Source: Candidatus Lloydbacteria bacterium RIFCSPHIGHO2_02_FULL_50_18
GTDB taxonomy: Bacteria; Patescibacteriota; Minisyncoccia; Phycocordibacterales; UBA6899
Direction: 5' to 3'
DNA length: 64,000 nucleotides
Assembly (NCBI GenBank): GCA_001821395.1
Contig: MHLM01000004.1
Span: forward strand, 32,001 to 96,000
Under the pieces are notes generated by a model that was not told the origin of the DNA, did no database searches, and saw only the letters and a list, made by a program, of their open reading frames with translations. The position numbers and the translations under genes are program-made. Within the stretch, counting starts at the first letter, position 1, and the number at the start of each line of letters is the position of its first letter. Below are positions 16,438-26,746 of this stretch, piece by piece.

Positions 16438-17265
16438 ATGGATGGTTATCATTTGGTTCTTCTTGCATTGACATTCGTTCTTGGTGTCTCTATCGGGAGC
16501 TTCGTGAACGTACTTATTTTTCGCCTGCGCAGCGGTTCTCGGCTCACTGGACGCTCTAAGTGCATGTCCTGCGGGAGGACGCTCACTCCGTGGATGCTCA
16601 TTCCGCTTTTCTCGTTTTGTTATCAGCGCGGGAAATGTGCATACTGCGGAGCGCGTATCGCACTTCAGTATCCGCTCGTAGAGATCATCCTCGGAATGCT
16701 CTACGTCGTCATTGCGCTCGTTCACGGGTACGACCCTCTTCAGACCTCGGTCAGCCAGACTTTTTTTGTGCTTGGTGACATGGTCATTTGGACGACATTG
16801 CTCGCCGTTACCGTCTACGACCTCCGACACAAGATCATACCTGATAGCTTCTCCCTTTTCCTTGCCGCTACGGCAGGTATGTTGTTGCTCGTGAAGTGGA
16901 AGTTAGGAATACTCCCCACTGCCTATTTGCCATTTTGGGAAACGATGCCCTCATGGATAGACCTTCTTGCGGGACCACTAGTGGCGGCACCGTTCGCTCT
17001 GCTCTGGTTCTTTTCGGGTGGGCGCGCGATGGGGTTAGGTGACGCGAAGCTCGTCTGGGGGATTGCTTGGTTCTTGGGTTTTGCGGAGGGCATTTCTTCC
17101 GTCATTCTTGCGTTCTGGGTCGCGTTCTTCCCCAGCCTCATGCTGTTGTTACTTCGATCAAAGCATTTTACAATGAAAAGCGAGATACCCTTTGCACCCT
17201 TTCTTGTGGCTGGAGCGTTTCTCGCATATGTATTTCAGATCAATATCTTGAATTGGACATTTTAA
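16438..17265 (+). CDS. pilD: prepilin peptidase PilD (A24 family aspartic peptidase / N-methyltransferase)
   Basis: N-terminal tetra-Cys zinc motif CMSCGRTLTPW...CAYCGARI, a multi-TM body, and conserved acidic residues. Confidence 0.85.
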   Translation: MDGYHLVLLALTFVLGVSIGSFVNVLIFRLRSGSRLTGRSKCMSCGRTLTPWMLIPLFSFCYQRGKCAYCGARIALQYPLVEIILGMLYVVIALVHGYDPLQTSVSQTFFVLGDMVIWTTLLAVTVYDLRHKIIPDSFSLFLAATAGMLLLVKWKLGILPTAYLPFWETMPSWIDLLAGPLVAAPFALLWFFSGGRAMGLGDAKLVWGIAWFLGFAEGISSVILAFWVAFFPSLMLLLLRSKHFTMKSEIPFAPFLVAGAFLAYVFQINILNWTF

Positions 17266-17308
17266 TATGCGTACATTTTTACCGATACAAAAGTGCGAGA
17301 GAAGAACG

Positions 17309-17953
17309 ATGATTAACCTCGATACTCCTTGTGGGAGGGGCACACGATCCTACCCCGTCACCGCGGGATTCACCCTTCTGGAGATGCTTGTTACACTGTC
17401 TATCTTTGTGATAATCACTTCAACGCTGTTGATCAGTTATAGTGGCTTCAATAAGCATCTCAGTGTTGATACGCTTGCGCACGAGATCGGTCAATGGATC
17501 CGTGATGCTCAGGTTTCTGCGATGAGCGTGAAGAGTGCGAGGACGGTTGCGGGAATGTATCCGGGCTATGGGGTCCATTTCACACTCAGCGATCCAGGGA
17601 AATTCATTTTTTTTGCCGACTTGGACAGCGATGATCAATACGACCCCGGTGTTTGTGGTGCGGCAGGATCGGAGTGTGAACGAGAAATAGTGTTAACCCA
17701 AGGAAATAAGATCGATGCTCTTTGCGGGGTGACCACGGGTGGTATTTTCACTGCAAAATGTCTTTCGCCGAATGGCGCATCGAGCGTGTTCGATATCGTC
17801 TTTACGCGTCCTGATCCGGATGCTGTTATCAGTGGAGACCTGAACGGTGGGGCTTCGAGCGGATACAGTAGCGCACGCATCACGATCGTTTCGCTCCAGG
17901 GGTATCGTCGCACCGTCGAAGCATGGATCACGGGGCAGATATCTATTCAATGA
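17309..17953 (+). CDS. minor pilin / pseudopilin
   Basis: Prepilin motif G|FTLLEMLVTLSIFVII. The ORF is open from 17267; the ATG was chosen at 17309. Confidence 0.7.
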   Translation: MINLDTPCGRGTRSYPVTAGFTLLEMLVTLSIFVIITSTLLISYSGFNKHLSVDTLAHEIGQWIRDAQVSAMSVKSARTVAGMYPGYGVHFTLSDPGKFIFFADLDSDDQYDPGVCGAAGSECEREIVLTQGNKIDALCGVTTGGIFTAKCLSPNGASSVFDIVFTRPDPDAVISGDLNGGASSGYSSARITIVSLQGYRRTVEAWITGQISIQ

Positions 17954-18612
17954 TCAATTCCAACATGAAATTTTCACTTCGCAACGATAATCAAAAAAAG
18001 ATCAATGACACGGGTGGGTTCACCCTGCTCGAAATGCTCGTTTCGACCTCACTCTTCATCGTCGCCATGCTCGTTATCGTGAGCGCGCTTATCTCGCTCG
18101 AGACGGCAAGTAGAAAAGCGCGAACGATCCGTATTGCCGCAGATAATGTGAGCGCCGCTGTCAGTTCGATGTCGCGTGCAATTCGCATGGGTAGTTATAT
18201 TCATTGCGGGTGCACAGGAACGCACGCAGTGCTTGCTGCGCCGCAGGACTGTGAGATCAGCGGTGCAGGTACGGGAGAGCTCCCGGCTAGTGGTGGTACC
18301 TGTCTTGCATTCGAGGCTCAGAACGGAAATCCGCTGATAGACAGTGATCAGTACGTCTATCGGTTGTGGAACAACCGCATTCAGCGCTCAGTTAATAGTG
18401 GTGACGACTGGCTCGATATGACCGCGCCGGAGATCAGGATCGATGCTCTCGCCTTTTACGTTGGGGGGACGGAACTCAACGAGAACCAGCCGTATGTGAC
18501 CATGCTCGTCCGTGGAACAGCGACCTCTCCGATTGTAAAGATTAATACAACATTCGATATCGAGACCACCGTCGCCGTGCGCACCCCAAACCTTAATCTC
18601 TTCATTCCATGA
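17950..18612 (+). CDS. minor pilin / pseudopilin
   Basis: GG|FTLLEMLVSTSLFIVAML; ATGA overlap with the upstream gene. Confidence 0.7.
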   Translation: MINSNMKFSLRNDNQKKINDTGGFTLLEMLVSTSLFIVAMLVIVSALISLETASRKARTIRIAADNVSAAVSSMSRAIRMGSYIHCGCTGTHAVLAAPQDCEISGAGTGELPASGGTCLAFEAQNGNPLIDSDQYVYRLWNNRIQRSVNSGDDWLDMTAPEIRIDALAFYVGGTELNENQPYVTMLVRGTATSPIVKINTTFDIETTVAVRTPNLNLFIP

Positions 18613-19205
18613 CTTGCATAAAAACAACCAGACCAAGCACCGCTGGATTCACCTTGATCGAAGCACTCGCCTCGATCACGCTTTTGGTGATGGCGATATC
18701 GGGGCCTATGGTGCTTTCCGCACAGAGTCTTCGCGTTTCGCGCGAAGCTCGTCTTCAACTTGAGGCGACGCAGCTTGCGGAGGAAGGTATCGAGATCGTC
18801 CATTCTTTGCGCGACGACAATTCCGCCGATGGCACACCTTGGATGACTGACATTTTGAGTGAGTGTAGTAATCCTGCTCAGCCTTGCATTGCAGATATCA
18901 CTGAACATTCCGGACTGAGCAGTACGGCGTGGCATCATAATGCACTGAAGAGCTGTGCTTCCGCTTGTGCATCCTTGGCGTCGCTCTACAAACACAATGT
19001 AAGCGGAATATATCGGCAAAAGACGAGTGGCTTTGGAGCAGGTTGGACAAAAAGTGATTTCACTCGGCTCATCACGCTGACGGAAGTTGTCGCGGGGCGT
19101 GAAGTGAAGGTGACCTCGACGGTGACGTACAAAGGCTATTCCGGTCAGACACGGACGATCACGGTGACCGGGGATCTCTATAATTGGTTCCCAGACCTCC
19201 ACTAA
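18609..19205 (+). CDS. minor pilin / pseudopilin
   Basis: TAG|FTLIEALASITLLVMAI; start overlaps the upstream stop. Confidence 0.7.
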   Translation: MTCIKTTRPSTAGFTLIEALASITLLVMAISGPMVLSAQSLRVSREARLQLEATQLAEEGIEIVHSLRDDNSADGTPWMTDILSECSNPAQPCIADITEHSGLSSTAWHHNALKSCASACASLASLYKHNVSGIYRQKTSGFGAGWTKSDFTRLITLTEVVAGREVKVTSTVTYKGYSGQTRTITVTGDLYNWFPDLH

Positions 19206-19209
19206 ATGT

Positions 19210-19743
19210 ATGCAAACAATCCGACAAAAATCGTCATGCGAAAAAAAAGAGGGATTCATCCTGCTGCTCACTGTACTGGTCACGAGTGTGATCCTGGCCA
19301 TCAGTTTTAGTATTTTTAGCATCAGTTTGAAGGAGTTGATCATGGCGTCGTTTCTAAAAAATTCCGCACAGGCATTCGCTGCCGCCGATCGCGGGGTCGA
19401 GTGCGCGCTCTTTTGGGATAGAACTCCGACCCCGGTAAATCCGCAAAGCGGAATTACTTATACGATATTTGCCACGTCGAGCGCTTATCAGGCGCCGACA
19501 AATTTATCTAATGCGACCTGTGATGGGATTCAGCTCGATACCTCTGCTTGGTTGGTAAGCGGGCTGACTACGACACAGGGGAAGACCGTATTTCAGATCT
19601 CGTTCGCAGATTTGACCTGCGTAGAGGTATCGGTGCTTAAGGATAGCGGTGAAACAACGGTGACTGCGAACGGTTTCAATACTTGCAACGCATCGAGTGA
19701 GCGAAAAACACAGCGCACTATTCAAGTTCGTACGAATCTGTGA
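19210..19743 (+). CDS. PilX-like minor pilin
   Basis: N-terminal GFILLLTVLVTSVILAISFSIFS hydrophobic segment; last gene of the minor pilin operon. Confidence 0.55.
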   Translation: MQTIRQKSSCEKKEGFILLLTVLVTSVILAISFSIFSISLKELIMASFLKNSAQAFAAADRGVECALFWDRTPTPVNPQSGITYTIFATSSAYQAPTNLSNATCDGIQLDTSAWLVSGLTTTQGKTVFQISFADLTCVEVSVLKDSGETTVTANGFNTCNASSERKTQRTIQVRTNL

Positions 19744-19819
19744 TCGGCGTGCACCTTGAGCTCTGCCCCTCACTATTTTTTGAGGATGCATTTTTTCATT
19801 CTGTGCAGTATTGCGGTGA

Positions 19820-21865
<2,046 letters not shown>

Positions 21866-21914
21866 GGTCGTATAAAAAACAAGGAGCATAATGCTCCTCG
21901 TGGGTTTTTCTGTC

Positions 21915-22223
21915 TCAGCGGTATGAGTTCAGCATGGTCACAATCTGCGCCATGATGGCGTATTGTTGGCATTGTGGCACGACTATCCATTTGTTTGATC
22001 TAAAGTCAGTTGCGTTCATGATGATCTCACGAAAGTGTGGGACCTGACTTCGTGGGATAGTCAATGGCGGAAACCCTGCTTCTTGAGGAGAAACTAATTC
22101 CGCGATCAGCTCAATTGCCTGGGCCTGGTCGGACTTACTTGATCCGCAGTTTTGCAGTTGCTTCGCTTCGGCTTGAAGCCACTCTTTGATCCCCACAAAT
22201 TGTTCCGCTGGCATCGTATTCAC
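21915..22223 (-). CDS. hypothetical small protein
   Basis: 102-aa ORF between ligA and gatC, flanked by a hairpin terminator; no recognisable motifs. Confidence 0.3.
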   Translation of the reverse strand: MNTMPAEQFVGIKEWLQAEAKQLQNCGSSKSDQAQAIELIAELVSPQEAGFPPLTIPRSQVPHFREIIMNATDFRSNKWIVVPQCQQYAIMAQIVTMLNSYR

Positions 22224-22317
22224 TGTGTGCCCCCTTGTGTTCAGTTGATTCCTGAATCTATTTACCCCAATTATGCAAATCTGTCAATCGTACGCAGTGA
22301 GGGAGAAATAGTGTAAT

Positions 22318-22611
22318 ATGAAGACCATGCTCACGAAAGATGATATCAAACACCTCTCCACACTCGCGCGGATCGCGGTTTCGGAAGCAGAGGAGGAAAG
22401 TCTTGCAAAGGACCTTGATGCTGTCCTCGGCTACGTTTCTGAGGTTGCCGCGGTCGCGACCCAAAAAGATGCTATCCCCCCGGCGGGCGATCTGCGTAAT
22501 ATCATGCGTGATGATGACGATGTCCATCCCGGCGGCGAGTTTACCGATATGATCCTCAAGAACGCGCCCGACACTGAAGACGGTTATTTCAAGGTAAAGC
22601 AGATATTTTAA
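22318..22611 (+). CDS. gatC: aspartyl/glutamyl-tRNA amidotransferase subunit C
   Basis: 97 aa with MLTKDDIKHLSTLARIAVSEAEEESLAKDL, the GatC pattern; directly upstream of gatA. Confidence 0.8.
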   Translation: MKTMLTKDDIKHLSTLARIAVSEAEEESLAKDLDAVLGYVSEVAAVATQKDAIPPAGDLRNIMRDDDDVHPGGEFTDMILKNAPDTEDGYFKVKQIF

Positions 22612-22623
22612 TTCGCGCACCGT

Positions 22624-24060
22624 ATGTCTATCGATATTTCAAAACTGACCATCACGCTTGCTGCAAAAGCGCTTCGAGCAAAAGACTTCTCGTCAAAGGA
22701 GCTCACGGAGGCGGTGCTCACGGAGGCAAAAGCAAAGAACAAAGCTATCAACGCGTATGCGGAGATCTTTGATGATGCGATGGCGCTGGCGGCACATGCG
22801 GATGATATGCTCGCGAAGGGGGATGCCCCAATATTGGCGGGTATCCCGATCGCGATCAAAGATAATATGCTCTACAAGGGGCATGAGTCGACCTCCGGCT
22901 CAAAGATATTGCGCGGACATATCGCCGCCTACAGCGGAACGGCAGTGGAGAGATTGCTCTCGTGCAGAGCGGTCATCATCGGGCGTACGAACATGGACGA
23001 GTTTGCAATGGGGAGTTCAACAGAAACATGCTCATATGGACCGGTAAAAAATCCGATTGATACTACGCGCGTACCCGGCGGCTCGTCAGGCGGATCTGCG
23101 GCATCCGTGGTGATGGGTGGGGCGCTTGGTTCTTACGGCTCTGATACCGGTGGTTCTATTCGTCAGCCAGCCTCTTTGTGCGGTCTGGTGGGGCTGAAGC
23201 CCACTTACGGAGCAGTATCGCGCTCAGGGCTTATGTCGCTTGCGTCATCCTTTGACCAGATCGGACCGTTCGGAAAGACCGTGGCCGATGCACAGCTGCT
23301 CTTTGATGCAGTCCGCGGGCATGATCCGATGGATAGTACGACGGTCCCGGAAGGGCATAGTCTGCGAAAGGCGAAGCCGCTTGGTGAAAAATTAACCATC
23401 GGTGTGCCAGAATCACTGATCGCCACGGACGGAATCGATGAAGATGTTCGTGCGAACTTCCGTGCACAGATCGCCGCACTCCGTTCACAGGGGCACACAA
23501 TAAAAAATATTGATCTTCCGCTGATCGCTCGCTCGCTCGCTGTCTACTATATTATTATGCCTGCCGAGGCATCCGCGAACCTTGCACGTTTTGACGGTAT
23601 TCGCTACGGATTCTCTAAAGAGGCGGATAAGCTCATTGAGGTGTACATGAATTCGCGAGGGGAGGGATTTGGTAAAGAGACGCGCAGGAGAATACTGCTC
23701 GGGACATATGTGCTTTCGGCCGGATACTATGATGCATACTACAATAAGGCGGTCGCCGTGCGTCGTATGATTCGTGACGAATTGGATCGAGCGTTCGAGA
23801 GTGTCGACGTGATCGCAACCCCCACCTCACCGTCTCCCGCGTTCAAGATAGGAGAAAAGATCGCTAATCCGCTCAAAATGTACATTGAAGACATTTTTAC
23901 GGTATCGGCAAACATCGCGGGGGTACCGGGAATTTCCGTCCCCGGCGGTACGGTGATCCGTGATGGTGTCTCACTTCCTGTTGGTATCCAATTCATGGCC
24001 GCAGCGTTCCAAGAGGATGCCTTGTTCCGCATGGGAACCGCCATTGAACAAAGTATATGA
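22624..24060 (+). CDS. gatA: aspartyl/glutamyl-tRNA amidotransferase subunit A (amidase signature family)
   Basis: Amidase signature GGSSGGSAASV with catalytic Ser/Lys context; 478 aa. Confidence 0.9.
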   Translation: MSIDISKLTITLAAKALRAKDFSSKELTEAVLTEAKAKNKAINAYAEIFDDAMALAAHADDMLAKGDAPILAGIPIAIKDNMLYKGHESTSGSKILRGHIAAYSGTAVERLLSCRAVIIGRTNMDEFAMGSSTETCSYGPVKNPIDTTRVPGGSSGGSAASVVMGGALGSYGSDTGGSIRQPASLCGLVGLKPTYGAVSRSGLMSLASSFDQIGPFGKTVADAQLLFDAVRGHDPMDSTTVPEGHSLRKAKPLGEKLTIGVPESLIATDGIDEDVRANFRAQIAALRSQGHTIKNIDLPLIARSLAVYYIIMPAEASANLARFDGIRYGFSKEADKLIEVYMNSRGEGFGKETRRRILLGTYVLSAGYYDAYYNKAVAVRRMIRDELDRAFESVDVIATPTSPSPAFKIGEKIANPLKMYIEDIFTVSANIAGVPGISVPGGTVIRDGVSLPVGIQFMAAAFQEDALFRMGTAIEQSI

Positions 24061-24713
24061 GCGAGGAAAAAGGAAACGATAAAGCAAAAGCGAAGCCCCC
24101 CGTCATTATCTCGACCGGGTTGGGGCAACAGGTCGGAGAGATCGTCCTCATCGTATTATTCCTTTCTATTCTTTCCGGTGCGGTAAGTTTGCTGCTCGGT
24201 TTTTTTGGTGATGGCGACATCTACGGTCTTAGGGCTACGTTCGCACATCTTTATGCGGTCGCGAATATGGTAGCAACAGTCATTGCGATGGTCGCTATCG
24301 TCATTGCAATCTATTCCTTCATGCGTATCAGTGAGATCGCGGGGGAAGAGACCAAAAAACTCGGGCTCGCACTCAATTGGAATAGTGAACGGAAGCAAAA
24401 AAATGCGCGCTGGTCGCGCGTAGAAACTTATATGACATCACTGAATCCCTCCGATTGGAAGATCGCGATACTCGAAGCGGATAATATTCTCGACGAGGTG
24501 GTTGAGCGGATGGGTTATATCGGTGAAACACTGGGTGAGCGCATGAAAAAGATCGAGGCGAGTGATTTCCCGTATCTGGAGGATGCATGGACGGCACATA
24601 AGACGCGTAATTCGATCGCGCACAAAGGAACGGATTATGAGCTTAGTCGAAGTGAGGCGGAGCGCGTGATCAACATGTATCATCGCATATTTACGGAATT
24701 GGGTTATTTGTAG
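24057..24713 (+). CDS. membrane-anchored protein with a C-terminal HEPN-like (Rx4H, DUF4145-like) domain
   Basis: Start overlaps the gatA stop (ATGA). Two N-terminal TM helices and a soluble C-terminal domain containing TRNSIAH (Rx4-6H) in a helical context. Confidence 0.45.
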   Translation: MSEEKGNDKAKAKPPVIISTGLGQQVGEIVLIVLFLSILSGAVSLLLGFFGDGDIYGLRATFAHLYAVANMVATVIAMVAIVIAIYSFMRISEIAGEETKKLGLALNWNSERKQKNARWSRVETYMTSLNPSDWKIAILEADNILDEVVERMGYIGETLGERMKKIEASDFPYLEDAWTAHKTRNSIAHKGTDYELSRSEAERVINMYHRIFTELGYL

Positions 24714-24814
24714 GAGAGATTTGATTTTGAACTGAAATATGCTATAAATTGCATACCGTCGATGTATGCAGCATACCTCGACGGTACTCGGATGAATTGG
24801 CGCTTCGCTCATTT

Positions 24815-24867
24815 TCGTGATGATGTTCATAAAAGCAAGCACGCTTTCTTTTATGAACATCATCACG
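24815..24867. terminator. long perfect hairpin (20-bp stem), probable bidirectional terminator
   Basis: TCGTGATGATGTTCATAAAAG...CTTTTATGAACATCATCACGA. Confidence 0.55.
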
Positions 24868-24902
24868 AAAGATCTGCATATTGCGCCGACTCATCATCGT
24901 TT

Positions 24903-24979
24903 GTCGACGTAGCTCAGTTGGTTAGAGCGCGGGACTCATAAGCCCGAGGTCGGAGGATCGTTCCCTCCCGTCGACACCA
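24903..24979 (+). tRNA. tRNA-Met(CAU); the anticodon stem carries three consecutive G-C pairs, so it could be the initiator
   Basis: Acceptor GTCGACG/CGTCGAC, A73, CCA encoded, anticodon loop CTCATAA, anticodon stem CGGGA/GCCCG. Confidence 0.8.
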
Positions 24980-25111
24980 TCCAATAGGCATTATCGCGTT
25001 GGTAGTGGACTATCGGTGAATAATTTGCAGTGGTAAGAAGAAAATCCTTCTTTTCACCGCGGCATTCGCAAAAAATGATAATAGATGCTATTCTCATTTT
25101 GTCGCTTATTT

Positions 25112-25185
25112 GCGGTGGTAGCTCAATTGGTTAGAGCACCCGCCTGTCACGTGGGAGGTTGCGAGTTCGAGTCTCGTCCGCCGCG
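25112..25185 (+). tRNA. tRNA-Asp(GUC)
   Basis: Acceptor GCGGTGG/CCGCCGC, anticodon loop CTGTCAC, T-arm GCGAG-TTCGAGT-CTCGT, G73; CCA not encoded. Confidence 0.85.
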
Positions 25186-25193
25186 CAAATACA

Positions 25194-25219
25194 AAAAAAC
25201 TGCTTTTGCAGTTTTTTTG
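25194..25219 (+). terminator. rho-independent terminator after tRNA-Asp
   Basis: AAAAAAACTGC-tttt-GCAGTTTTTTT. Confidence 0.7.
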
Positions 25220-25234
25220 TGTTTGCACGGTGGA

Positions 25235-25392
25235 GGAAGCATCTGCATGCTTCCGACGAGACTCGAACTCGCCATCACCATGATGAGTACTTCCAATTTC
25301 ATACTCTCTGTAGTCGTTGAAATTTAGGTCGCTCCATAAAGCCTGCGATGACGATCTCGAATAAGCTTCGCTTCTCGTCCGTCCCGTAAATA
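25235..25392 (+). repeat. tRNA-3'-end mimic mini-element, instance 3 (downstream of tRNA-Asp)
   Basis: Hairpin GGAAGCAT-CTGC-ATGCTTCC; GACGAGACTCGAA, the inverted copy of the tRNA-Asp T-loop/T-stem; a ~105-nt insert ending ACGATCTCGAATA; then TCTCGTCCGTCCCGTAAATAC, an 85% copy of the last 21 nt of tRNA-Asp including the downstream AAATAC. Confidence 0.5.
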
Positions 25393-25415
25393 CAAAAAGT
25401 ACCTAAAGGTACTTT

Positions 25416-25484
25416 TTGTTCTTGTTGCGGGACCTGGAATCGAACCAGGGCCTTCAGGTTATGAGCCTGACGAGGTACCGCTCC
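25416..25484 (-). tRNA. tRNA-Met(CAU) elongator type, or tRNA-Ile2 if lysidinylated
   Basis: Acceptor GCGGGAT, anticodon stem TCAGG/CCTGA with loop CTCATAA, T-arm CCTGG-TTCGATT-CCAGG; 69 nt, followed by a hairpin/T-run terminator at 25390-25412. Confidence 0.75.
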
Positions 25485-25588
25485 TCTATCCCGCTATATT
25501 CACACCACGGTCAACTTTGTTTGATACGCGGATTGTAGCCAAAAAATCGATTTTTCGCAAGCGCGAATCTTTGGTATGCTATAGCAGT

Positions 25589-26209
25589 ATGAACGCGCTC
25601 GAAAAATTGATGCATTCTCGCCTAGCAAACATTTTACTCGGTACCTTCCTTTTTACTCTCTGGATGCTCTTCGTGTGGGTGCATATTCGTGCATTCATTG
25701 ATACGGACAAGTTCGCGTATCTGGTCTTTTGTGTTTCAGAGTCTTTACAGGCAATTCTTTTCCTTTTCCGCTCGATGCCAAAAGTGGTATCCATGGACCC
25801 CTTCGATTGGCTCGTTGCGGGAGGGGGGACACTCACTCCGCTTTTGTTGCGTCCGACGGACGTGCTTTTATGGGGGCACGGGGACATCATCGTTGTCGGC
25901 GCGGTGATCATCCAGATCATTGCATTGCTTTCGCTCAATAGGAGTTTTGCGCTCGTCGCTGCAAACAGATCGATCAAGACGCTTGGCGCGTATCGTATTG
26001 TGAGGCATCCAATGTACGCAAGCTACATTTTTCTTTTTTCAGGATATTTTTTGCTCAATGCGTCGATGATGAATGCGGGGCTGATCATCTTTGCTTGGGT
26101 ATTCATGGGCCTTCGACTTATAAGGGAAGAGAAGCTCTTGTCGGAAGACGTTGCATACCAGGAATACAAAAAACAGGTCAAATGGAGGCTGATTCCGTTT
26201 GTTTATTGA
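25589..26209 (+). CDS. isoprenylcysteine carboxyl methyltransferase (ICMT/PEMT) family membrane methyltransferase
   Basis: C-terminal signature RIVRHPMYASYIFLFSGYFLL...EEKLLSEDVAYQEYKKQVKWRLIPFVY with multiple TM helices. Confidence 0.7.
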   Translation: MNALEKLMHSRLANILLGTFLFTLWMLFVWVHIRAFIDTDKFAYLVFCVSESLQAILFLFRSMPKVVSMDPFDWLVAGGGTLTPLLLRPTDVLLWGHGDIIVVGAVIIQIIALLSLNRSFALVAANRSIKTLGAYRIVRHPMYASYIFLFSGYFLLNASMMNAGLIIFAWVFMGLRLIREEKLLSEDVAYQEYKKQVKWRLIPFVY

Positions 26210-26302
26210 AAAATTGAACATTTAGAAGAAATAGTGTACGATTTTGCTTGTTGTTCCATTTGCCTGCTTGATATTTACTGTTCAGCTGTTTGTTGCAGAG
26301 AA

Positions 26303-26337
26303 TATTTGAAGTGCCGTCGTAGCTGTTTTGGTAGATA
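26303..26337 (+). pseudogene. degenerate tandem copy of the 5' ~30 nt of tRNA-Thr(GGU), including 10 nt of its upstream flank
   Basis: ATTTGAAGTGCCGTCGTAGCT occurs at 26303 and again at 26339. The first copy continues GTTTTGGTAGATA against CAGCTGGTAGAGC in the real tRNA. Confidence 0.6.
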
Positions 26338-26348
26338 ACATTTGAAGT

Positions 26349-26424
26349 GCCGTCGTAGCTCAGCTGGTAGAGCATCTCCATGGTAAGGAGAAGGTCCCCG
26401 GTTCGATCCCGGGCGACGGCTCCA
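26349..26424 (+). tRNA. tRNA-Thr(GGU)
   Basis: Acceptor GCCGTCG/CGACGGC, anticodon stem TCTCC/GGAGA with loop ATGGTAA, T-arm CCCGG-TTCGATC-CCGGG, CCA encoded. Confidence 0.85.
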
Positions 26425-26432
26425 TGATCGGG

Positions 26433-26500
26433 ATAGTGTGCCGCCTTAGCTCAGTTGGCAAAAGAAAGTCAGACAGCTCACTCGTTACGAGTGTTGAGGA
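26433..26500 (+). pseudogene. pseudo-tRNA: 5' part plus anticodon-arm-like copy of tRNA-Thr(CGU), lacking a T-arm
   Basis: The 26-nt ATAGTGTGCCGCCTTAGCTCAGTTGG is identical to 26529-26554. CAGCTCACTCGTTACGAG matches the CATCTCACTCGTAACGAG anticodon arm of the real tRNA. No T-arm or acceptor 3' strand follows. Confidence 0.55.
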
Positions 26501-26534
26501 AGATGGTGTAAAATAGTGAACAATTGAATAGTGT

Positions 26535-26610
26535 GCCGCCTTAGCTCAGTTGGTAGAGCATCTCACTCGTAACGAGAAGGTCCGCAGTTCGATCCTGCGA
26601 GGCGGCTCCA
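26535..26610 (+). tRNA. tRNA-Thr(CGU)
   Basis: Acceptor GCCGCCT/AGGCGGC, anticodon loop CTCGTAA, T-arm CCGCA-GTTCGAT-CCTGCG, CCA encoded. Confidence 0.85.
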
Positions 26611-26746
26611 AGTAAATAGTTTCGCTCAGTTGGTAAGCCAAGTCCGCAAAGCCAGACACTGGGTTGGCTTTTTCGTAGCAGTGTCGCCCACCGGCGACGC
26701 ACCACACAACTCGTCTTCTCCGCTACGCTGCGAAAACGATCTCGAA

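Noticed and set aside
18456-19343. 295-aa minus-strand ORF
   Set aside because: Antisense to two minor pilin genes that have clear prepilin motifs.
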